Virus record (IMG/VR): IMGVR_UViG_3300022752_000049 | DNA length: 64,000 bases | Direction: 5' to 3' (one strand) | DNA from: an uncultured virus (IMG/VR IMGVR_UViG_3300022752_000049) | Taxonomy: Duplodnaviria > Heunggongvirae > Uroviricota > Caudoviricetes | In this document: positions 14,552 through 25,074 of the stretch, one piece after another | Position numbering within the stretch: position 1 is the first letter of the stretch | Layout of the letters: the number at the start of each line of letters is the position of its first letter | Position numbers and translations under genes: made by a program | The notes under the pieces: model-generated | Told to the model about the DNA's origin: nothing | Seen by the model: the letters and a program-made list of their open reading frames with translations, nothing else | The model's database searches: none

Positions 14552-15185
14552 TTACTGTCTCATTCCCCACAATTTCTGAGCAATAGGATCGTTATATCCA
14601 GCTGCGCCTTCACTCTTAGAGGCGTCATGTCTTGCTGCGGAAACTTTTTCTTTATTTGATTCTTCCTCTGGATCTATTATTTGAAGAGTTACATTTGTCG
14701 GTTCTATTGCCCTCATTGCCTGCTGGACCTCTATTATTTTTTCAGCTAATGCGACTCTGGAAGCCAGCTGAGAATACGTTAAAGAGTCCAAGAATTCTGG
14801 AGTATCACTAGATATAGTAGCTAAAACAAACGCTTTCATTAAGCCTCTTACTTGAGAAGCTTGCTTTCTTTTTTCGTCTAGAATCTGTTTTGTTCTTTTA
14901 GGAGATGAAAAGCCAGAAAATTCTATTATTTGGTCAGCCAAAGAACTGACGGCTCCAGGAGATATTGAATTAATATCAAAATCATTAGGATATACTACTG
15001 CATATTTTACTATTTCTTCTTCAGCGTCTGCAGAAGAAAATACGCCATTATCTTTAAGGGCGCCAATTTTATCAAATTCGGAAAAAGTTAACTCTTTAAA
15101 TACAATAGTTTTTCCGCTTTAGCTGAACGCTAAATACAATGGAATACTTTTGCTTAAGCTCCTTAAGAATTGACTCTTCCAGCAT
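14552..15185 (-). CDS. Second tail assembly chaperone-like protein (210 aa), one +1 shift
   Basis: ATG at 15185, 1 nt after the upstream stop: MLEESILKELKQKYSIVFSVQLK[CGGA=G]KTIVFKELTFSEF..., joining ORF 14552..14941. It resembles the upstream protein (KQWKKQYGEVY...IVWRVLSRIEY; ILYP/VVYP; SGF). Confidence 0.65.
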
Positions 15186-15186
15186 T

Positions 15187-15753
15187 TTATAGCTGACGAA
15201 CCTCTAGCGCTACGAATCCAGATGCCTCTAGAACTTCTTGCGAAATCAAAGAAGGAAGACCGGCCATGTCGGAGGTAAGCGCTGCTTTATTGTAAGCTGG
15301 ATACAGGATGCACAGTTCTGCGATGGCTTCTTCGTTCCACATATTTGCTTCAGCCGTACTTATTTGGCCTGCTTGCATCAGTGATTCCATTTTCTTTACA
15401 AGTTGCTTATATTCTATTCTGGAAAGGACTCTCCAGACTATATGCTTATCAAAGGATATCGAAGTTATATACACTTCTCCATACTGCTTTTTCCACTGCT
15501 TAACCTGACCTGCAGTTGGTCCATTTTCAAAAATTGCTACGTCATCAGCCAAATCTTCTACAGTTGTTGCCTGAGAAGGATCAGATAACTTCTCGCCTTC
15601 AGCTGGTGTCGGTTCTGGATCTTCATAATTGGTTACCATAAGATCCGAATCCTGCTCTTCGTTTGTTTCCATGATGAGATCAACGGTATCTGCTTCTAAA
15701 TCTTTTGCTAGATTTTGGTCTCTTCTCACTACAATTTTTTTAACATCTGACAT
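15187..15753 (-). CDS. Tail assembly chaperone-like protein
   Basis: Lies between tube and tape-measure-like genes. WKKQYGEVY...WRVLSRIEYK pattern; acidic N-terminus; AAGGAG RBS. Confidence 0.6.
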   Translation of the reverse strand: MSDVKKIVVRRDQNLAKDLEADTVDLIMETNEEQDSDLMVTNYEDPEPTPAEGEKLSDPSQATTVEDLADDVAIFENGPTAGQVKQWKKQYGEVYITSISFDKHIVWRVLSRIEYKQLVKKMESLMQAGQISTAEANMWNEEAIAELCILYPAYNKAALTSDMAGLPSLISQEVLEASGFVALEVRQL

Positions 15754-15793
15754 TTTTATTATCTCCTTGGGGGTTTTGATTTAAATCACATAT

Positions 15794-15802
15794 ATTATAG
15801 CA
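15794..15802 (-). promoter_or_regulatory. Extended -10 promoter TGCTATAAT
   Basis: Matches TGnTATAAT, about 40 nt upstream of the 15753 start. Confidence 0.6.
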
Positions 15803-15810
15803 CAAGTATT

Positions 15811-16839
15811 CTATGACTTATAAGCTATATTGCTATTCCTTGGTGGTTGAATTTTAATAGTATTATCATAATATTTTGAATTTTGAGCAACAAATGTCTT
15901 ATTCCCAGTGTATGGATCGAGATTAGTTCCGGCTTCTGTAAAATAAAAATCTCTTGCTACAAATGAATATGTTTCTATAAGTGGAGCGCCCCCACTTTGG
16001 TATTCTGTTGACATTTGCATTAAATGAACGTTTTGTAAAACAATTTTCATTGCGTTACCTACTCCAGATAATTTAATTTTTCTTTCATTAATATCTGTTG
16101 ATATCAACCTGTCTAAATTATCTCTTTGCTCCACTGCTGCGGTTGATTTATTGCTTGAGCCAGTTATTGGAGAAAGACTAGTATCATCAACACCGTACAT
16201 AATAACAAAATTAAATGGCGGGTGGGCACTGAAGATATTATGTGTTCCACCAGCAGAACCCGCAGTTATTGCTGGGTCGGTTGTAATTCTATCAAGTTGA
16301 CTATTAGCCCAATATTTTTGTATATTTTCTTCATCTTTACGAGATTCATTTTGTGACCTCATGACAGAAACAACTCCTGATCCATCTTTTTTGCCAGAAA
16401 TAGATTGCACTCTAGCCTCAGCGGCTTTTTCCAAAAGCTCGGTCATTCTTCTTGGATATCTAGAATAAACAGAAAACTGCCCTGTAATAATTCTTGTACC
16501 ATTCATAATGGCATCAAAATTATAGGACCAAAAACCATAAACGGCTTGCTTTTCTTGTTTAATTAAAAATCCAAAACCAGCTATATCTAGCTCATCACCT
16601 TCGTCAAATAAACCGTCAATGAAAACTTTTACGTCTTCACCAGAAAAAAAGTAATCATAATAATTACTAAATCTAGGATCGGCCTTAGAGCTTCCAGCCC
16701 AATATAAATCCAAATCTGCTGTTAGCGGATCAAATGTTCCATCCAGATTCCTAATTCCTGGTCTATTGGATACAGTTTCCTCATATGGAATATAACCAGT
16801 AAATGGCTTGTAGGGATTTGTTTTATAAACTCCAGTCAT
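15811..16839 (-). CDS. Tail tube-like or baseplate hub paralog
   Basis: FSGEDVKVFI...QEKQAVYG...GTRIITGQF...PPFNFVI...ETYSFVARD aligns with the two tube-like proteins upstream. Confidence 0.65.
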   Translation of the reverse strand: MTGVYKTNPYKPFTGYIPYEETVSNRPGIRNLDGTFDPLTADLDLYWAGSSKADPRFSNYYDYFFSGEDVKVFIDGLFDEGDELDIAGFGFLIKQEKQAVYGFWSYNFDAIMNGTRIITGQFSVYSRYPRRMTELLEKAAEARVQSISGKKDGSGVVSVMRSQNESRKDEENIQKYWANSQLDRITTDPAITAGSAGGTHNIFSAHPPFNFVIMYGVDDTSLSPITGSSNKSTAAVEQRDNLDRLISTDINERKIKLSGVGNAMKIVLQNVHLMQMSTEYQSGGAPLIETYSFVARDFYFTEAGTNLDPYTGNKTFVAQNSKYYDNTIKIQPPRNSNIAYKS

Positions 16840-16848
16840 AAACTACCT

Positions 16849-17610
16849 TTATGGTTGATATATTTTTTCTATAAAATTTTTGTAATCTTGAACCCTGTCG
16901 CCAAAGGCATTGGTGCTTATTCTTAATCTCTCGTCTTTTTGAGCTTGATATCCTTCTGGGTACCTAAGATCATCGTTTGTTGTATCCAAGTGTAATAGGG
17001 GCTGTATTCCTCTTGCCATGTAAGTGTATGTTTGCTCAGTGATTAAGTCGTCAATTGACATTGTAGCACCTTCGTCAACTACTGTGATTCCAAATATCTT
17101 CATTTTAGCAGCTAAACCGTATTCGTTAAACATTGTAAAAACAACATCAAATGGCGGAAGCATGTCAGCAAGCGGAGCGTAAAAGCCCTTTGTATCTGCT
17201 AACAATTGCCTGTATGCATCTATTCTATAGAATGCGTACTCATTAAACTGAGTAAAAATCATACTTCCAGCAATTGTTCTAGCGCCCTTAACAAACCCTC
17301 TTGGATTAACATGACCTAGTGTTCTTACGGGAGAATTTTCCCTGTGCATTGAGTACGATATTGTTTGGAGTTCGGCAAGCTCTAATACATCGCCTTGATT
17401 AGTTAAAAAGCCATCTTCTCCAATTTTTGGTATGACCATCGTTGCATGAATGTCGGCACCAGAAAACGACATGTCCGAAAACGGATCAGGAAGAAAGTTG
17501 TTTTTTCTAAATTCTTTTATTGAGTCTTGGTAGTTAGCAACTCTGTTTTTTCTAGAGGAAATTGTTGTAAGACTCGCAATATCTTTTGTTTCTTCGTTTT
17601 CAAAAGGCAT
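16849..17610 (-). CDS. Tail tube-like paralog
   Basis: SFSGADIHAT...ISYSMHRENSPVRTLG...KGARTIAGSMIF...LPPFDVVFTMFNEYG...EQTYTYMAR. Confidence 0.7.
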   Translation of the reverse strand: MPFENEETKDIASLTTISSRKNRVANYQDSIKEFRKNNFLPDPFSDMSFSGADIHATMVIPKIGEDGFLTNQGDVLELAELQTISYSMHRENSPVRTLGHVNPRGFVKGARTIAGSMIFTQFNEYAFYRIDAYRQLLADTKGFYAPLADMLPPFDVVFTMFNEYGLAAKMKIFGITVVDEGATMSIDDLITEQTYTYMARGIQPLLHLDTTNDDLRYPEGYQAQKDERLRISTNAFGDRVQDYKNFIEKIYQP

Positions 17611-17623
17611 ATTTCCTCTTTAT

Positions 17624-17675
17624 AAAAGTATTAGTCGGCGGCAGAGAGCTTCCCCGTTTCTCCACCACCGACTAA
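17624..17675 (-). terminator. Intrinsic terminator-like hairpin after the major tube gene
   Basis: On the minus strand, TTAGTCGGTGGTGGAGA-loop-TCTCTGCCGCCGACTAA forms a 17-bp stem with G.U pairs and is followed by TACTTTT. Confidence 0.7.
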
Positions 17676-17695
17676 CAGCTTAAAATGTATTTAAA

Positions 17696-18385
17696 TTACG
17701 GTCTGATAATTGCAGAGTTCAATCCGCTAGCGCTAACAGCATCTTTGCTAATCAGCGAACCAAGATCATCTTGGTTAAATCTGTCGATTTGATCAGTCGT
17801 AATTCTGTACATTGGGCCTATTTCACGAGCAACATATGTCATCGTTTCTTCAATTACGATGTCATCCATTGATGCACCTGAACCTTCGTTCAGAAGCTCA
17901 ACTCCATATATTGAACGGACTGCAGCCTGACCGTATTCGTTCACAAATGTAATTGTGATATCAAATGGCGGAATCTGGTCTGCATAATAAGGCGTCTTAG
18001 TCACAACATCTCTTGTTTGAGATGTGAACTCTGCAATTCCTCTCTTGTGCGAAGGATCGCCAGGAAGAGTATTGTGAGCTCTTGTAAAGAACTTCATCTC
18101 AGTTGATGTATTATGGTGTGTTTCAAGCATCTGGTAAAGAGCTGGGCGATCAAAGACTGTAAAGATCAATGATCCAGCTATTCCTCTTTTACCTCTTGAA
18201 AAAGAACGTGGGTTGGGTGAGCCCATTGTGTAAATTGGAGCCTTTTCTCTTGTTACTGAAAAAGTAATTCCAGAAAGTGCACCAATTTCTACGCCACCAA
18301 AAGTGGCAACAATATCTGCACCAGAAAACGTTGTGTATGTGTTAAGATACTTGTTTACTGGGCTATCATAGTATTCGCCTGCCAT
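17696..18385 (-). CDS. Major tail tube protein
   Basis: TFSGADIVATF...SVTREKAPIYTMGSPNPRSFSRGKRGIAGSLIF...IPPFDITITFVNEYG. Directly follows the sheath gene and precedes a terminator. Confidence 0.75.
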   Translation of the reverse strand: MAGEYYDSPVNKYLNTYTTFSGADIVATFGGVEIGALSGITFSVTREKAPIYTMGSPNPRSFSRGKRGIAGSLIFTVFDRPALYQMLETHHNTSTEMKFFTRAHNTLPGDPSHKRGIAEFTSQTRDVVTKTPYYADQIPPFDITITFVNEYGQAAVRSIYGVELLNEGSGASMDDIVIEETMTYVAREIGPMYRITTDQIDRFNQDDLGSLISKDAVSASGLNSAIIRP

Positions 18386-18444
18386 ATACCCTCCAATCGG
18401 TACTTATAAAGTGCAGTGTGTGTGTTTTTTATTTATTTATTTGA

Positions 18445-19674
18445 TTAGCCAAGGTCAACCGAGATTTGAACATCAATATTTCTGAGTTCAAATGCTGGTG
18501 TCAACACAAGGTCAATCAAAGCCTTGTTTTCAGCTGCAATGTACTTGATATTGAAATCGCTATCAAGTATAGCGCCCAACATCTGCATGCCTCTTAGGGC
18601 TGAGGTTACGGATGTTTCCATTGAGTTTCTGACTTGAATCGTAGAAGGCTGACCAATATACTTCTGGCAGCTTTGACGAACAACAAGAGTAGCTTCGTTG
18701 ATAATTCTTAGAGTTGTTAATCTTGTGTAGTCAGATGCAGAACCTGCAAATGTAATACCGTCTGAGAATATTGGTGCTCTATTGAAGTTAAGTGTAATTG
18801 AGTTTACACCCTTATTCGAAAGAGCTGCAAGAGCGGTCTTTGTTGGGTTGTATCTCAATGATGCTACGTTATAGACGTTCTTGTTAATTGTAGATACATA
18901 AGAAGCCATTCTGCTAAGGGCTGCTGCTGTTGCACATGCTCCGTTTGAATAGCCCCACTCTGCTGGATAAGCAGAAGGCTTAAGCTCTGCTGCAACGACC
19001 ATTGAGTGACGACCAATTTCCTTAAGGGTTGCGTCACCATCGCGATCAGCGAGTGTGCCTAATGCAAGGTGAGTAGATACTTGTCCTGGCGTCATTACTT
19101 CATTTGATCCAGTGTATGGCTTAACTCCAAGGACCGCAAAGCATGGGTGCGAGTTCTCGTTAATCGACTTTACGAGATTTGAAATTTTATAGACCCAGCT
19201 ATTTGCTGCCGTTGAACTGTTGTTTGCGTAGAATCCGAAGTCTGGGCTAGATGGTGTTGATGCCCACTCTTCTGAAGCTCCGCCTCTTCCCCAAGGAACG
19301 ATGATGTCTGGCTGTGCTGCTTCTGCTGCGGCAAAAGCTGCATCGAGAACGCTACCGCCGAAACTTGTGCTAGTAACGCTACCAGTTGTGTGGTTCCATG
19401 TGGTGTCACTTGGGAGTGGAACCATGTAGATTCTTTCTGCGCCACCGGCAACAAGCTCAAAATAAGCTCTGTGGCAGTGCGAATCTTCACCGAATGCTGT
19501 GATAACATCGGCTTCATTTGTGCACAAAACGACGTCTAGGTCAGCTACGTTACCCTCGCCATCATCTGTATCTCTTTTGGCGATTACAACGATTCTTGGG
19601 CCCACTGGGCTGTCTTGACGAGAAATGCTGTAAAAGCGATCTTTAATAATTGTTTTTACGCCTGGTAGTGCCAT
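18445..19674 (-). CDS. Tail sheath protein
   Basis: MALPGVKTII N-terminus; C-terminal sheath-type motif (LSNKGVNSI...YTRLTTLRIINE...KYIGQP...LVLTPAFELRNIDVQI). Confidence 0.8.
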   Translation of the reverse strand: MALPGVKTIIKDRFYSISRQDSPVGPRIVVIAKRDTDDGEGNVADLDVVLCTNEADVITAFGEDSHCHRAYFELVAGGAERIYMVPLPSDTTWNHTTGSVTSTSFGGSVLDAAFAAAEAAQPDIIVPWGRGGASEEWASTPSSPDFGFYANNSSTAANSWVYKISNLVKSINENSHPCFAVLGVKPYTGSNEVMTPGQVSTHLALGTLADRDGDATLKEIGRHSMVVAAELKPSAYPAEWGYSNGACATAAALSRMASYVSTINKNVYNVASLRYNPTKTALAALSNKGVNSITLNFNRAPIFSDGITFAGSASDYTRLTTLRIINEATLVVRQSCQKYIGQPSTIQVRNSMETSVTSALRGMQMLGAILDSDFNIKYIAAENKALIDLVLTPAFELRNIDVQISVDLG

Positions 19675-19718
19675 GGATTTTCGACCTCCGAGTATGGACT
19701 CTTTTATAACTCAGAACA

Positions 19719-19726
19719 TATAGTAA
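19719..19726 (-). promoter_or_regulatory. Candidate late promoter motif TTACTATA (one of about 8 copies)
   Basis: The same motif precedes structural genes at about 23955, 24274, 34959, 41000, 47251, 50847 and 53605. Confidence 0.55.
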
Positions 19727-19789
19727 TGATTAACCTATAAAAACCAACTACATTTTATTTCTGAACACTTAAATTATATATTTAAAATA

Positions 19790-20596
19790 TTAGCAATCTG
19801 GCGTTGCGGATTGAAATAAGTCCACAATATTAGTCTCGTGATGGTCTTTGTATACAGTTCTGTTATAATCATAAATCGGGGTAGCTGGCTGAGAGGCTAT
19901 ATATTGTCTTACGTCAAATGCAATCTTGTCTACTATATCTACTGGTGTAACTGACAGCTTTTCTGTGGTCAATAAGTATAAAACAGTTCTTTTAATAACA
20001 TCTGTTTGATCCATATTTGTTTCCGTATCAGATACCCTTCTTGCGTATACAAATTCTGAAGCTCCTAATTTTTTAAATATAGGTGTATACTCCAACATGA
20101 AATCTTCAAATCTTTCCATTATTCTATCTGCTACTTCGGCGCCAGCATACCTTGAAGAATCGCCTTCCAGCTTGGCAGCATCTGCTTGGACTATAACAGT
20201 AAATGAAACAACGTTCTGAAATCTTTGTCCTTCTATAATATAATACTTTCCATCATCACCCAATGCTTTATCTCTATAGCGCATTTTTGGTTCTTGGTTA
20301 TGGGCTCTTTTAAGCTCAATGCCATAAGCTATGCACGGGTACTGTGCAAATGTTCCACCAAAAGTTGCAACAACGGGTATGTCTGGGTAAGAGTTTTCCC
20401 AGAGAAGTTTAACAACTTGTATAAACTCAAGATAGCTAAGATTACCATCAGCCTTCATTCTTCTAGCATCTGTGTTGTGATACTGTTCGGGCTTAGTTAC
20501 CTTAGTTCTATCAAAATCATTCATTTGATTTTGTCTAGTTGAAAATGCGCTTAGATCATCATCAATTCTGCCTGGAAAAGGAAAAGAAGATTGCAT
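19790..20596 (-). CDS. Putative tail completion/terminator protein
   Basis: Size and position between neck and sheath genes; function inferred from gene order only. Confidence 0.45.
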   Translation of the reverse strand: MQSSFPFPGRIDDDLSAFSTRQNQMNDFDRTKVTKPEQYHNTDARRMKADGNLSYLEFIQVVKLLWENSYPDIPVVATFGGTFAQYPCIAYGIELKRAHNQEPKMRYRDKALGDDGKYYIIEGQRFQNVVSFTVIVQADAAKLEGDSSRYAGAEVADRIMERFEDFMLEYTPIFKKLGASEFVYARRVSDTETNMDQTDVIKRTVLYLLTTEKLSVTPVDIVDKIAFDVRQYIASQPATPIYDYNRTVYKDHHETNIVDLFQSATPDC

Positions 20597-20597
20597 A

Positions 20598-22667
20598 CTA
20601 TACTCCTGGGCCCGTTGTTACTGAAAAGTTAATATTTTTTAAGCCAAGAGAAGATACCAAATTTAATTCAAATATTAGGAATCCTCTTTCAACCTTCGAT
20701 GCGTAGGCTTGCATTGAATAGCTTTTTATTACCCTTGAAGAAACAAGTAATTCTAACATGTTTTTTACTTGATTTTTTACTTTTTCTTCTGCGTTTTTTC
20801 CAACACCATCATTAGATATATTTTTTATTTCATTTATCACCATAGCAACCAATCTCATTTGTGGTGCTTTTGATAAAGTGCTTGATTGATTAGCCATTGT
20901 AGAGTCATTTGAAACTGCAACTTCGTATGGATAACCTCTTGTGGCTTTTCTTGTTCTATATACAACATTTATTCCCATATTATCCAATCTAGCGTGAGCT
21001 GAACGAGAAAGATCTGAACCAAAAACTGACATAGCTCCAGGTAAACGCCTTCTGATCATTCCCATATACACTGGCGTTGACGACATCGCACCAGCAAATG
21101 CAGCAGCTGCAGAACTACTATAAGACCTATTGAATCCAGAATGACTAAAATTAAGCTCACCGTATACTGGAATGATATATCTACCAATATCCGATTCGAT
21201 TTGACCGTCTACAGAATAAGTAGTTAGTTTATTTTGAAAAATAGGATTTGCTTCAAGTATATCGATATCTGATTCCTTTACTCCACCAGATCTAGAACCA
21301 ATTACACCAAGCTGAACATAGCCAGTTGCTTCGTGGAAGTTATAGCAGTGCAGTGCTAACTGAGAAATGAAATTTACGGAGCCAGTATTAACAATAGAAG
21401 TTTCTAACGGAACAATAATATCCATTAAATCGTATCCTTTAATTACATTATAAGAATCGGAAAGTCTTTCATAATATTTTTGGTAAAAATTTACAGGAAC
21501 ACCACTAACTGAGGACACTAGATGTGGCATTACTGTAAGCCTTTTGGATATATCCTCTATATACTCAGACATAGGGGCAGCTGCTAATACATACATACTT
21601 TGCGCTCCGCAACTATAAGCATCAAAAACGCCCCTCAGCAAAGGCGACTGCATGTCGGCTCCGAGTAAATTTATTGCTTCTTGTATTGAAGAAACCCTAT
21701 ATATTTCATTTAACTCTATTCCATCAGCGTGGCCAACAAGCAGTATAGCGTTCGTGCTTGACTCATCAAGATCGCTATATATCGGCCTAAAAGAAACAGA
21801 AGATCCAGTAGTTGGACCAGATAATTGGTTGCTTGTACCAGTTATATTTTTTACTAAATATTTACCAAAAACAGATGTCTCTGCTATTGTTTGCGTACTT
21901 GCATGTCTAAACTGAAATGTGTCCGAAGATGGGACTTCTACAACTTCGTATGTGCCATTTAATAAATTATCAGTTTCTTGTATTACAACAAATTCTCCAG
22001 AATTTATAAAATGATTTTCTTCAGTTTTAATTGTCGCTATATTATTTTCTAGTTTTTTAGAAATAATATTTCCAGTTTTGGTGTAGCTTTTATTAATCGC
22101 TTCAAAAAAATGTTCAACTACTTGATTTCTTCCGGCATATGTTGTTTGAATAACAACTGTATATATTCCACTATGCAGCTCTTCAGGTATCGTATAGGTG
22201 AATTGGTATTCCGAAGAAGAAACTCTTTTAAAGAATGCGGAATTTTTTAAAGTTAATCTGGATATACTTAAAGAGCCTACGCTTGGAATGGAAGATGCTT
22301 TTTTCTTTGCCGTTATTGTATTATCGTCAACTATGGAAACAACTTCATAATCACCATCACAAGAAGAACTGACTCCATATACATAAACTTGATCACCAAT
22401 AGATAGGTATTGAGTTTCGTCAAATGAAAAAGTTAAAGTTACATAACCATCAACAACAGATCCCGGAAGAATAATGCTGTCTATTTTGTAACTGCTATTC
22501 AGCATGGAGACGGTCGACTGAACAATATTCCCAGAACCGGTTTCTCCACGAACAACTGAAGCCAAAACATCAACAGGGGTAGATTCAGAAATTGGGTCAA
22601 AATAAGAACCATTAAAAATAAAACCAAATCTAAAATTTATTGTTTGACCACCGGCTGCTTTAAGCAT
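20598..22667 (-). CDS. Second sheath-like protein with N-terminal beta-rich domains
   Basis: The C-terminal ~400 aa parallels the sheath (ILLVGHA...GAQSMYV...DIIVP...LDNMGINVV...MRLVAMVINE). The N-terminus has two GD.V.I.G...NG.YEV repeats. Confidence 0.65.
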   Translation of the reverse strand: MLKAAGGQTINFRFGFIFNGSYFDPISESTPVDVLASVVRGETGSGNIVQSTVSMLNSSYKIDSIILPGSVVDGYVTLTFSFDETQYLSIGDQVYVYGVSSSCDGDYEVVSIVDDNTITAKKKASSIPSVGSLSISRLTLKNSAFFKRVSSSEYQFTYTIPEELHSGIYTVVIQTTYAGRNQVVEHFFEAINKSYTKTGNIISKKLENNIATIKTEENHFINSGEFVVIQETDNLLNGTYEVVEVPSSDTFQFRHASTQTIAETSVFGKYLVKNITGTSNQLSGPTTGSSVSFRPIYSDLDESSTNAILLVGHADGIELNEIYRVSSIQEAINLLGADMQSPLLRGVFDAYSCGAQSMYVLAAAPMSEYIEDISKRLTVMPHLVSSVSGVPVNFYQKYYERLSDSYNVIKGYDLMDIIVPLETSIVNTGSVNFISQLALHCYNFHEATGYVQLGVIGSRSGGVKESDIDILEANPIFQNKLTTYSVDGQIESDIGRYIIPVYGELNFSHSGFNRSYSSSAAAAFAGAMSSTPVYMGMIRRRLPGAMSVFGSDLSRSAHARLDNMGINVVYRTRKATRGYPYEVAVSNDSTMANQSSTLSKAPQMRLVAMVINEIKNISNDGVGKNAEEKVKNQVKNMLELLVSSRVIKSYSMQAYASKVERGFLIFELNLVSSLGLKNINFSVTTGPGV

Positions 22668-23037
22668 TGTTGACCTCTTCTCTTGTAGCTCCGGCTATCC
22701 AATAAACTATTTTGCCGCCCCTACCTCGTACCGGAGCAGCAAAATCTATTTTGAATATTTCATTTCCAGTTGGCAGTTCTTCATAAATTCTATCTCCTGA
22801 TTTTGGATTTACAAAATCTTGGAAATAATATACTACCTCTGAAGACACTGTAAGACCCTGCGTTTTTTCCTGCATTGCGTTTGCAAATCCGCTTGAACCC
22901 GGGTAATAACAGCGTGTTGTGTATCTTTGAAGTCTTGACTCATACTTCATCTGCTGGGGATCCATCAGTCTTTGCATTAAAATATTATGACCCCATTGTT
23001 TGAGAATATTTTTTAATGTTTTTTTAGGATCAATCAT
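22660..23037 (-). CDS. Putative head-closure/neck protein
   Basis: 125 aa; YYFQDFVNPKSGDRIYE; position in the neck module. Confidence 0.45.
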   Translation of the reverse strand: MIDPKKTLKNILKQWGHNILMQRLMDPQQMKYESRLQRYTTRCYYPGSSGFANAMQEKTQGLTVSSEVVYYFQDFVNPKSGDRIYEELPTGNEIFKIDFAAPVRGRGGKIVYWIAGATREEVNNA

Positions 23038-23923
23038 GCTTCCTTAAGCCTCGTTCGGGAATCGGATTTTCTTTCGGGGTTATGATTGCGCCGGGTCCAT
23101 ATATATCTTTGTCTGACAAATAAATTGTTGACCCAGTATACGGATCAACAGCTCTGCCAGAACTGACGGTAGGCATTGTGGGCAGTCCTTTTGGTTGTAT
23201 TGCCCTTGCGCTGACTTTTTGTGCTAATATTTCTTTTCTTAACGTAGCAGCTATCTGGCACCATGTGGTTGCATTAGCTCTAGTTAGAGTTGACCTAGGT
23301 AGGTTTCTATTTGTGATAGAAAGATCACCAAGTCTAACGGACAGCTCATCATCTCCCCCACCTCCATAAACCCTGGAAAGCTCACATGCAGTTGCGGCCT
23401 TTATATACTCCAAAGCAGTAAATGAAAGATTGCTTCCATCATCGTCATCAAGTAAAGAAAAAATTTGTTTTATTTCTAAAGAATAAATATGAATAAATTC
23501 CCCTATTTCCAAGAGGGGTGCATCAGGGAAGTAAGGAATTAACTCTTCTGGGTCTACATATAGAGGGTGAATATCCGGAGCAAACGCAATAACCTCATCT
23601 TCCCTAAGAAAGATAGTTGGATTATAGTCTTCATCTGGCGTACTAACGTATACCTGTTGATTTACAGTTATGGATCTATTATCTTCTAAAGTCCCTATAA
23701 ATGTTATTTTATAAGTACCTGCATTTGCAAAAGTATATTCATAATAAAACTCCGAAGTTGATATAGACTCAAGATTGCTATCCGATAAAATCAAATTATT
23801 ATTAGAATCGTATAGTTTAAAAAGCACTGAGACTGGGGAAACCTCTATCTGATTACCGCCAGAATCAATATCTACGAATTTGACCCTAAATCGAACTGCG
23901 TCATTTACTAAAATTGAAGACAT
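23030..23923 (-). CDS. Putative head-tail connector with an N-terminal Ig-like domain
   Basis: N-terminal beta-sandwich pattern (FYYEYTFANAGTYKITF); C-terminal SVRLGDLSIT adaptor-like motif. Confidence 0.5.
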   Translation of the reverse strand: MSSILVNDAVRFRVKFVDIDSGGNQIEVSPVSVLFKLYDSNNNLILSDSNLESISTSEFYYEYTFANAGTYKITFIGTLEDNRSITVNQQVYVSTPDEDYNPTIFLREDEVIAFAPDIHPLYVDPEELIPYFPDAPLLEIGEFIHIYSLEIKQIFSLLDDDDGSNLSFTALEYIKAATACELSRVYGGGGDDELSVRLGDLSITNRNLPRSTLTRANATTWCQIAATLRKEILAQKVSARAIQPKGLPTMPTVSSGRAVDPYTGSTIYLSDKDIYGPGAIITPKENPIPERGLRKHD

Positions 23924-23983
23924 AAAATTATCACCCGTTGGTTTGACTAATATTTATAGTACCCTAGAAAACCGCTTATAGAA

Positions 23984-24268
23984 CTAACCTAAGCCAATAA
24001 CATTCCCGTCATATATTGTAATTGCCTCTACCGAAGTAAGAGCTGATAAGTTTTCCTTAACTGTTTCAATTGTTATAACTCCGCTAGGATTTACATCTAT
24101 ACTTAAAACAGCTACAGTTGTTAGGTTTGAATAATCCTGTAAGCCAGCAAAAGAGATTCTTATATTATTTAAAATAATTGGATTAGAGATCCCCGGCACC
24201 TTGATTACCAGGGCTCCTATGTAGCTGATTCCAGCGTTATTGTACTCTAAGCCTGTGTTATATTGCAT
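23984..24268 (-). CDS. Hypothetical structural protein
   Basis: ORF track; TACTAT lies 6 nt upstream of the ATG. Confidence 0.6.
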   Translation of the reverse strand: MQYNTGLEYNNAGISYIGALVIKVPGISNPIILNNIRISFAGLQDYSNLTTVAVLSIDVNPSGVITIETVKENLSALTSVEAITIYDGNVIGLG

Positions 24269-24294
24269 GGCTCTATAGTAATTCTTAAACTAAT

Positions 24295-25074
24295 TTAATA
24301 CTGTCTAGTGTAAAAACCGGAGTCTTTTTTTAAATTAGTCATCCATATTCTGCCATCATTGGGGACCGCATTTTGCGGAGTGCCATATAAAAATGATCCC
24401 AAATAAGCTATGCGCATACCGTGGGTTACTGGAGTTACTTCATGAGTACCAACAAAGTTTGCGGGATAAATAACAGCAGTCCCCATTTTGGGTTTATGGG
24501 TGTATTTTGCGTGTCTGAACTTTATCCATCCACCCATAAAATTTGTCCCGTTTAACTCCTCTTCCTTTTCTACACAGTCATTAAGATAAATATTTATGCT
24601 TACCTTAGCGTGTTTTGGATATTCATTTGTTATGCCAAAACTATCATCATGCGGGATTTGATCATCGCAGTGTGGACCTATTCTTTGGCCATTGCTATAG
24701 GTTGCAAAATGCCCAGCGGATCTCCACCAGCATACTGTCGCAGCATCGGGGTATATTTTGCAATATTCTACTAGTACTTTATACAAAAGATCTTCAAGAA
24801 AAACAACTAGATTTTTTTGCTCTTCTGTTGGCTTCTGGTCAAACCCCTTGCATAGAGGGTCGGTAAATCTTTCTGGGGCTATATTAACAGAATCCATATC
24901 AAATTTAAATCCTGTTTTATTTATTGCATATTTTTTACCATTTTCTTCTATGTAAGTAAAAGTGCCCTGTTCCATTTGTCTAAGGAATGATAAGTAATCA
25001 ATAATATCTTGAGGATTAAAATCAAACAAATTTTCGGCCAAACATAGACCACTACCAATATCTGTCATCTTCAT
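24295..25074 (-). CDS. 2OG-Fe(II) oxygenase (prolyl-4-hydroxylase-like)
   Basis: HxD (PHCD), YLND, GG.I.F, distal H (THEV), R (RIAY). Confidence 0.85.
   Translation of the reverse strand: MKMTDIGSGLCLAENLFDFNPQDIIDYLSFLRQMEQGTFTYIEENGKKYAINKTGFKFDMDSVNIAPERFTDPLCKGFDQKPTEEQKNLVVFLEDLLYKVLVEYCKIYPDAATVCWWRSAGHFATYSNGQRIGPHCDDQIPHDDSFGITNEYPKHAKVSINIYLNDCVEKEEELNGTNFMGGWIKFRHAKYTHKPKMGTAVIYPANFVGTHEVTPVTHGMRIAYLGSFLYGTPQNAVPNDGRIWMTNLKKDSGFYTRQY

Noticed and set aside
14552..15753. Classical G/GT tail-chaperone -1 frameshift fusion
   Set aside because: The second ORF has its own ATG 1 nt after the first stop, resembles the first protein, and its internal break is a CGGA site.
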